From: Kofleriaceae bacterium
GTDB taxonomy: Bacteria > Myxococcota_A > Polyangia > Haliangiales > Haliangiaceae
Direction: 5' to 3'
Length of the DNA: 18,676 bases
NCBI GenBank assembly: GCA_046597055.1
Contig: JBKJLC010000126.1
Coordinates: 1 to 18,676, forward strand
Shown here piece by piece: positions 13,177 through 18,676 of this stretch. Every line of letters starts with the position of its first letter. Position 1 is the stretch's first letter. The notes beneath the pieces are model-generated. The model had not been told where the DNA came from. It saw nothing but the letters and a program-made list of their open reading frames with translations, and ran no database searches. Made by a program: the position numbers and the translations under genes.

Positions 13177-14349
13177 GTGAGCCTGACGGGGGTACCGCTC
13201 GAGATCCTGAGCGCGCTCGCGCGCCGCGAGGCGACCGGCGAGCTGATCGCCTGCGACCAGACCGTCGAGGTCCACGTGTTCCTCTACCGAGGCCGGATCG
13301 CCTGGGGCACCAGCAGCCACGACGCCCGGGTGTTGCCGGACTACCTGGCGGCGGCATGTGGGCTCGGCGACGACATCTTGCGCGACGTGGTCGCCGAGTG
13401 CCGCAGCACCGGCAAGCAGTTGGGCGAGACCGTGGTGGCGTGGGGCCTGGTGACCGCCGCGCAGCTCACCCAGGCGCTGCGCGCACAGATCATCGACGCG
13501 CTGGCCGGGCTCACCGAGCTGGTCGGGGCGCCGGTGGTTTTTTTGCCGCGGCCGGCGAGCTTCGACGAGCGCTGGACCTTCCCGATCGAGGATCTGCTGG
13601 CCGAGGTGCCCGACGTCGGGGCCGGCATGTGCCTGGCCCGACGCATCATCGAGCTGCCCGGTACCCACTGGGTGTGCGGTGCCTCGCCGCGCAGCGTCTT
13701 CGTCACCGAGGGCATGCGCGACGACGCCCGCCGCGCCGACTTCATCGTGCCGCTCACCGACACGCTGACCCGGACCTCGGCGACCGAGATCATCCTGCGC
13801 GCGCCGGGGCGCGGGCTGGTCGGCCGCAGCGCCGGCCACGATCACTGGGTCTACGCCGCGTTCGCCTCGACCAGCGGGCTGGGCGCGATGTCGGCGGCCA
13901 TGCGCAGCCTCGGGCACGCCCCGGTCGGGGACGATCGGATCCTGCCGATCGCGGTCGATCGAACCCCGATCGCGATCCTCGAGCCGATCATCGACGCGTT
14001 GCAGGCCACCAGCGGGCTGCGCGCCGGCTGGCTGGTCGATGGGTCGGGCGCGGTGCGCGGCACCGGCCAGCTCGGCGATGGCCAGCTCGCCGCGATCGCC
14101 GCCGAGCTCACGCGGTTCCTCGACGTCGATCTGGCGGGCGTGATCCCGATCGACGAGCACGAGCTGCCCCAGCCGACCAACGCGATCACTGCGCGGCTTG
14201 CCGACTGCTGGCTATGCGGGACCCGGGCCCCGCGCTCGGGCCACGCGGTGTGGCTGGCGGTCGAGCTCGACGAGGCGGCCGGGTTCGCGGCCGCGGTGCT
14301 GGCATCGGTGGTTCGCCAGGTCGACGTGCTGGCGCGCACGCCGCGTTAG
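13177..14349 (+). CDS. DUF4388 (PatA-N-like) domain protein with probable C-terminal Roadblock/LC7-like domains
   Basis: N-terminus LEILSALARREATGELI...VFLYRGRIAWG...LGETVVAWGLVTAAQLTQALRAQ is typical of DUF4388. The C-terminal segments have Roadblock-like patterns. Confidence 0.72.
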   Translation: MSLTGVPLEILSALARREATGELIACDQTVEVHVFLYRGRIAWGTSSHDARVLPDYLAAACGLGDDILRDVVAECRSTGKQLGETVVAWGLVTAAQLTQALRAQIIDALAGLTELVGAPVVFLPRPASFDERWTFPIEDLLAEVPDVGAGMCLARRIIELPGTHWVCGASPRSVFVTEGMRDDARRADFIVPLTDTLTRTSATEIILRAPGRGLVGRSAGHDHWVYAAFASTSGLGAMSAAMRSLGHAPVGDDRILPIAVDRTPIAILEPIIDALQATSGLRAGWLVDGSGAVRGTGQLGDGQLAAIAAELTRFLDVDLAGVIPIDEHELPQPTNAITARLADCWLCGTRAPRSGHAVWLAVELDEAAGFAAAVLASVVRQVDVLARTPR

Positions 14350-14364
14350 GGTCGGGCGCGCGGG

Positions 14365-17300
14365 TCAGGGCGCCGAGCCCAGCGAGACCAGCTGGAGCCA
14401 GGCGCGATCGTCGCTGAAGCGGCGCGAGCCCTGGTACTGCAGCGCGAGCGGCACCCGGAACAGCGTGAGCCGCAGGGTGACCGCGCCGCCGGCCGCGAGG
14501 TGGTAGCGGGCGTCCTCGGGGCGCAGCACCGCGCCAGCGCCGAACAGCTCGAGCTCGAGCTGCGACAGGAAGCTGGCCGGGAAGAACCACAGGTTCGGGA
14601 TGCCGCGATCGATGATGAGCGGATAGCGCCACGACAGGTCGGCGAGCGCGGCCCGCTCGGCGACCAGCGGCAGATCCTCGAAGCCGCGCAGGTACTCGGT
14701 GAAGCGGCGCTGCCCGGGCAGGACGTCGTCGCCGGGCGCGACCGCGCCCGGGTCGTCGCGGCTCTGCCACAGCGGGGTTCCCGAGGGGAACCCGCCGACC
14801 TCGAGCAGCGGGGTGTCGGCGCCGGGACCGGTGATCGCGTGCGTGCGGGCGGACGCATTGATGATGTGGCGGTCGAGGGCCGGCAGCGGTATGAAGCCGT
14901 CGAGCTCGCCGCGCAGGTCGGTGATCGCGCCACCGCCGCGCGGGAAGTAGGCGCCGTCGCCGGTGAGCACCAGGCCGCGGCGGATGCCGGTGTAGGGCGT
15001 CGCCTCGATCGCGGCGTAGGCCAGGCGAGCCTCGGGGCCGAACAGGCGGAGCGTGTGAGCATCGATGCGGTCGTAGGAGAACGCGCCGCCGACCGCGAGC
15101 GAGTAGGTGCCGCGCCAGGTACGGCCGATCACGCCGGCGACGTCGCGGATCTCGCGATCGTAGGTGGCGATGACCTCGCCGTCTGCGTCGAGGTCGCGCA
15201 CGGTGAAGGCGAGCCGGGTGCCGGTGAGCGAGATGGTCCAGGGCGCGAGGTCGTTGAGGAGGAGCCCGCCGGTGAAGGAGGTCTTGCGGTCGCGGGTGTC
15301 GACGTAGCCGGCGGCGGCCCAGCGGACGAGATCGAGGCGATCGCCGCCGCTCAGGGCGAGGCCGAGCTGGGTGACGCCGAGAGCGGGCGTGAGCAGGGCC
15401 AGGGTGTGCAGGGAGGGCTGGAACAGGTGATCGAAGCGGGAATAGGGGCGATCGGAGAGGATGCGGAGCGGGTGGCTGGCGACGGATGGGGCCGGGGACG
15501 GGCTGCCCGGGGGGGCGAGGGAGGGAGCAGCGGACGGAGAGGGAGAGGGAGAGGGAGAAGGAGAAGGAGAGGGAGAAGGAGAAGGAGAGGGAGAAGGAGA
15601 AGGAGAAGGAGAAGGAGAAGGAGAGGGAGAGGGAGAAGGAGAGGGAGAAGGAGCGAGATCGGGTGCGGGGTCGGTGGACGCGGAGCCCGACGGGGGCGCG
15701 GGCGCCGGGGGCAGGGCGACTTCGTCGACGGTCCAGCGCCAGCCGGTGCGGGCGAGGAAGCGCAGGCGGCCGCCGACGACGCGGGGCTCGAGGATGCCGT
15801 AGGGCGCATCGGTGAGCGTCTGGCGGGTGCCGTCGCGCTCGACCACGACCGCCTGGAAGCGGCGATCGATCTCCTCGAGCAGGACCAGCCGGCCGTCGTC
15901 GGTGTAGGTCGGGTCGTAGACCGGGCCGCCGGTGGTGCCGGCGAGCTCGGTGAGGGCGGTGCCGCGGGCGGCGTCGATCACGCGGACCACGAACCGGGTG
16001 CCGTCCCAGGCGCTCACCGCGAGCTGGGTGCCGTCGGGCGAGGCGCCGACCCGGAGCGCGTACTGACCGGGCGGCGCGTCCCACAGGATCCGGCTGGTAC
16101 CGGTGGCCAGGTCGCGCGCGGTCAGGCTCCACCGATCGCCGTCGACCACCATGTGCACGTAGGTCTTGCCGTCGGGCAGGATGGTGCCGCCCGGGCCCAG
16201 GCCGTGGGTAACCTCGTGGAGCCCGTCGCGCCGGCGCCAGCGCAGGAGTCGCGTGGTCTGGTAGGTGCCGGCCAGGTCGATCGTGGTGAACCACAGCGTG
16301 CCGTCGCGCGCGAAGCTCATGCCGGAGACCAGGATCGGCGCGGCGATGATGAGCCCGCGCGGCGGCAGCAGGTCGACCAGGCTGCGGCGCTCGAGCACGC
16401 GGCCGCTCGAGTCCCACACGGTCAGCCGTACCGGGGCGTCGCTGTCGGCGTCGATCGCGGCGACGTCGCCGGTCGGCGACCACGCCCACCGCGCGTCGGT
16501 GCCGAGCGCTTGCACCACCCGCTCGGCGGCGGGCCGGGGCCGGACCGGGAACCGCTGCGCGATCCAGCCGCGGAACTCGCCGACCAGCTCGCCCAGGCCC
16601 TTGCCGTAGACGTCCTGGAAGCGCCCGTTGACCGAAAGCAGGATCGACTTCGACTTGCCCTGCAGCTCGATCACGCGCCACAGCGCGTGCTCGCCGTAGC
16701 GCTCGGCGAGGAACTCGATGAACATCGCGCCGACCAGGTACTGGTGGCCGACCGGGGCCATTCGCTTGTGCTCGGACAGCTCGCCGGCGCCGAGGTCGCC
16801 GCCGGCGTAGGCCGCGTGGAACATGCCGGTGAACACCGGCCACCGCGGCCGCCCGGCGGTCTGTAGCCGCGCCTCGTAGTAGGTGGCCAGGCCCTCGAAG
16901 AACCAGGGATCGAGCCCGACCTGCGGCGTGATCAGATCACCGAGCACGGTGCGCAGCGCGCCCCACAGCCCGGCCATCTGCCGGACGTGGACGTAGTGCA
17001 CGATCTCGTGGCAGCCGATGTGGCCGGGATCGGGCGGCAGGCCGAACAGGGTCGTGAAGTCGAGCGTGTTGGCGGCCGGGATCACCGAGACGTCGGCGAG
17101 CCCGGCGGTCGGCGGCAGCACGTAGGCGTTGTTGAACGGCGCGTCCGGGACGACGATCACCATCTTCTCGCGAGAGTGGCGGTTGTGGATCCGGACCCGC
17201 TGGTTCAGCGCGGCGGCGCAGCCCTCGACCCGGGTCGCCATCCGGCGCGCCAGCTCGTGGTGGCCGTCCGGGTAGTACACCACCAGCAGGTCGGTCTCCA

Positions 17301-17418
17301 TCCGGCGCATGTCGCGGTCGGCGAGCGAGGTCTGCACGTCGCTCGGGAAGCGGGCCAGCGGTACACCGCAGCCGGCGGCGAGCAGGCCGGCGGCGACGAT
17401 CAGGAGGGCAGAGCGCAT
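14365..17418 (-). CDS. Outer-membrane lipoprotein: HExxH zinc-metallopeptidase domain, TolB/WD40-like beta-propeller, (Pro-Ser)n linker and Omp85-like beta-barrel
   Basis: LLAAG-C lipobox; HEIVH (16996-17010) with WFFEGLATYYE 34 residues later; propeller motifs (WAWSPTG, SPDGTQLAVSAW, YDPTYTDDG); C-terminal amphipathic strands with LRGF (14680-14691). Confidence 0.8.
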   Translation of the reverse strand: MRSALLIVAAGLLAAGCGVPLARFPSDVQTSLADRDMRRMETDLLVVYYPDGHHELARRMATRVEGCAAALNQRVRIHNRHSREKMVIVVPDAPFNNAYVLPPTAGLADVSVIPAANTLDFTTLFGLPPDPGHIGCHEIVHYVHVRQMAGLWGALRTVLGDLITPQVGLDPWFFEGLATYYEARLQTAGRPRWPVFTGMFHAAYAGGDLGAGELSEHKRMAPVGHQYLVGAMFIEFLAERYGEHALWRVIELQGKSKSILLSVNGRFQDVYGKGLGELVGEFRGWIAQRFPVRPRPAAERVVQALGTDARWAWSPTGDVAAIDADSDAPVRLTVWDSSGRVLERRSLVDLLPPRGLIIAAPILVSGMSFARDGTLWFTTIDLAGTYQTTRLLRWRRRDGLHEVTHGLGPGGTILPDGKTYVHMVVDGDRWSLTARDLATGTSRILWDAPPGQYALRVGASPDGTQLAVSAWDGTRFVVRVIDAARGTALTELAGTTGGPVYDPTYTDDGRLVLLEEIDRRFQAVVVERDGTRQTLTDAPYGILEPRVVGGRLRFLARTGWRWTVDEVALPPAPAPPSGSASTDPAPDLAPSPSPSPSPSPSPSPSPSPSPSPSPSPSPSPSPSPSPSPSAAPSLAPPGSPSPAPSVASHPLRILSDRPYSRFDHLFQPSLHTLALLTPALGVTQLGLALSGGDRLDLVRWAAAGYVDTRDRKTSFTGGLLLNDLAPWTISLTGTRLAFTVRDLDADGEVIATYDREIRDVAGVIGRTWRGTYSLAVGGAFSYDRIDAHTLRLFGPEARLAYAAIEATPYTGIRRGLVLTGDGAYFPRGGGAITDLRGELDGFIPLPALDRHIINASARTHAITGPGADTPLLEVGGFPSGTPLWQSRDDPGAVAPGDDVLPGQRRFTEYLRGFEDLPLVAERAALADLSWRYPLIIDRGIPNLWFFPASFLSQLELELFGAGAVLRPEDARYHLAAGGAVTLRLTLFRVPLALQYQGSRRFSDDRAWLQLVSLGSAP
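15536..15653. repeat. Hexanucleotide tandem repeat (GGAGAR)x19, encoding (Pro-Ser)~20 on the minus strand
   Basis: Pure purine tract of GGAGAG/GGAGAA units, in frame within 14365..17418. Confidence 0.95.
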
Positions 17419-17425
17419 GCGCCGG

Positions 17426-17431
17426 ACCTTA
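17426..17431 (-). promoter_or_regulatory. Candidate -10 box (TAAGGT) for the peptidase/barrel gene
   Basis: Minus-strand TAAGGT lies 7 nt before ATG 17418. Confidence 0.45.
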
Positions 17432-17630
17432 CACGGCGTCGCCGCGGCGCGAGACCGGAAGACAGCGGCACTGACCGCGCGCCGGCGCGAGGCGGTCGGC
17501 GCACCGCGCGGTCACGCCGGGCGCGCGCCTCCGGGCGCCGGCTGACCCGGCCTCGGCTTCCTCGCGCGTGGTGTCGAGAAGGTGAGCCTGGGGTCGACGG
17601 AACCACGCGATTGGTCGATGCTGCCCGGAA

Positions 17631-18218
17631 GTGCCCGCCCCTCGAGCGATCCGTCGCCGGTCTCCTGCGGCCTCGACCGAGCGGCGCGCGCCGGCGACCG
17701 TCGACGAGTCGCTGGTTCTGGCCCTGTTCGATCTGGTCAATCATCTCGGCCGGCGTGGCGATCGCCTGGCGGCGGTGGCCGGGCTCACCACCCAGCAATG
17801 GCTGGTGCTGTTGCAGATCGCCGGGGACCCGAACTTCCCGTCGAGCGGCCCCGCGACCGGGGCGCCGGTGCTCGCGTCGGACATCGCGCGCGCCCGAGGC
17901 GTCACGCGGGCGAGCGTGAGCGCGGTGGTCGCCGTCCTGCAAGAGCGTGGGCTCATCCACGAGACCGCGGACGAAGCCGATGCGCGGCGTCGGCGGCTGA
18001 CGCTGTCCGCGGCGGGCGCGGCGGCGCTCGCGTCGGTCGAGCCGGCGCGGCGGGCCGCCAACCAGCGCCTGCTGGCCCGGCTCGACCGGCGCCAGCGCGA
18101 GCGGTTCCTGCGGTACCTGAAGGTCTGCCTGGACGCGCTGTGGGACGTGTACGAGGCCGAGCAGCTGGCCGCGGCCCGGGCCAAGCTGGCGAAGCGACGC
18201 GGCTCCGGCGTGACCTGA
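17631..18218 (+). CDS. MarR-family winged-helix transcriptional regulator
   Basis: GLTTQQWLVLLQI...LASDIARARGVTRASVSAVVAVLQERGLI...DEADARRRRLTLSAAG pattern. Start uncertain. Confidence 0.9.
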   Translation: MPAPRAIRRRSPAASTERRAPATVDESLVLALFDLVNHLGRRGDRLAAVAGLTTQQWLVLLQIAGDPNFPSSGPATGAPVLASDIARARGVTRASVSAVVAVLQERGLIHETADEADARRRRLTLSAAGAAALASVEPARRAANQRLLARLDRRQRERFLRYLKVCLDALWDVYEAEQLAAARAKLAKRRGSGVT

Positions 18219-18437
18219 AGATCCCGCCCAGGTTCCGGTGGCCCGGAGCCCGCGGCGACCCCGGCGAGCTCGCCACGGCGCGCACCGCGGCGGGGCGCTC
18301 CGCCGCGCTGTGCACGGCGCTGTGCCGCCCGCGGTGACCCGCCCGCGGTCGCGCTCGGGCGCCCGGCGCGCCCGGGCGAAAGGCCTCGAAGACCGGGTGT
18401 ATGATGATGGAGCTGGCCTGGCCGGCGGCCTGCGCGA

Positions 18438-18643
18438 TGTGATCAATCCAGAGGGCAGGCGCCTGCCCTCAGGGTCCCGCACAGCTTTCCCGGTGGCCCT
18501 GAGCCAGGGCGAGCGCAAGCGAGCCCGCCGCCTCCGGGCAGCCCGTCGAAGATCACGTGCGGCACCTTGGCGCTCTGCCCTTCGACACGGCGCCTGCGGC
18601 GCCGGCTCATGGCCACCGGGAAAGGTGAGCGCTTCCGATCACA
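18438..18643. repeat. Second REP/REPIN-like doublet (module B then module A) forming a ~205-bp imperfect palindrome
   Basis: TGTGATC 18438-18444 / GATCACA 18637-18643; TTTCCCGGTGGCCCTGAGCC 18486-18505 / GGCTCATGGCCACCGGGAAA 18604-18623 (1 mismatch); GTCGAA 18545-18550 / TTCGAC 18581-18586. 18573-18643 differs from 169-238 by 2 substitutions and 1 indel. Confidence 0.85.
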
Positions 18644-18676
18644 CGCGTCGCGTGCCGGGGGCTCGAGCCGGGGGAG

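Noticed and set aside
15351..15815. Poly-Leu, (Gly-Glu)n and (Glu-Arg/Lys)n ORFs
   Set aside because: Alternative frames of the hexamer repeat.

Overview
Very GC-rich bacterial DNA. The gene content (AgmX/PglI-like domain, Hanks kinase with DWG motif plus WD40 repeats, DUF4388-like protein) suggests Myxococcota; this taxonomy is inference only. About 11 real genes are supported, and most other long ORFs in the track are GC-rich shadow frames. In order: a class-I pyridine nucleotide-disulfide oxidoreductase lacking both redox cysteines (-), a TPR protein (+), a helical-repeat lipoprotein with a C-terminal AgmX/TonB-C-like domain (-), a DUF4266-DUF3570-Cys-rich lipoprotein operon (+), a Ser/Thr kinase-TM-WD40 protein (-), a SNF2 helicase (-), a DUF4388-like protein with probable tandem Roadblock domains (+), a lipoprotein combining HExxH peptidase, beta-propeller, (Pro-Ser)n linker and Omp85-like barrel (-), and a MarR regulator (+). 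Both ends carry a ~200-bp REP/REPIN-like hairpin element made of the same two modules in swapped order. Several genes have a TAnnnT -10 box 6-10 nt before the start codon, suggesting leaderless or near-leaderless mRNAs. Family assignments come from recalled motifs; no database search was run.
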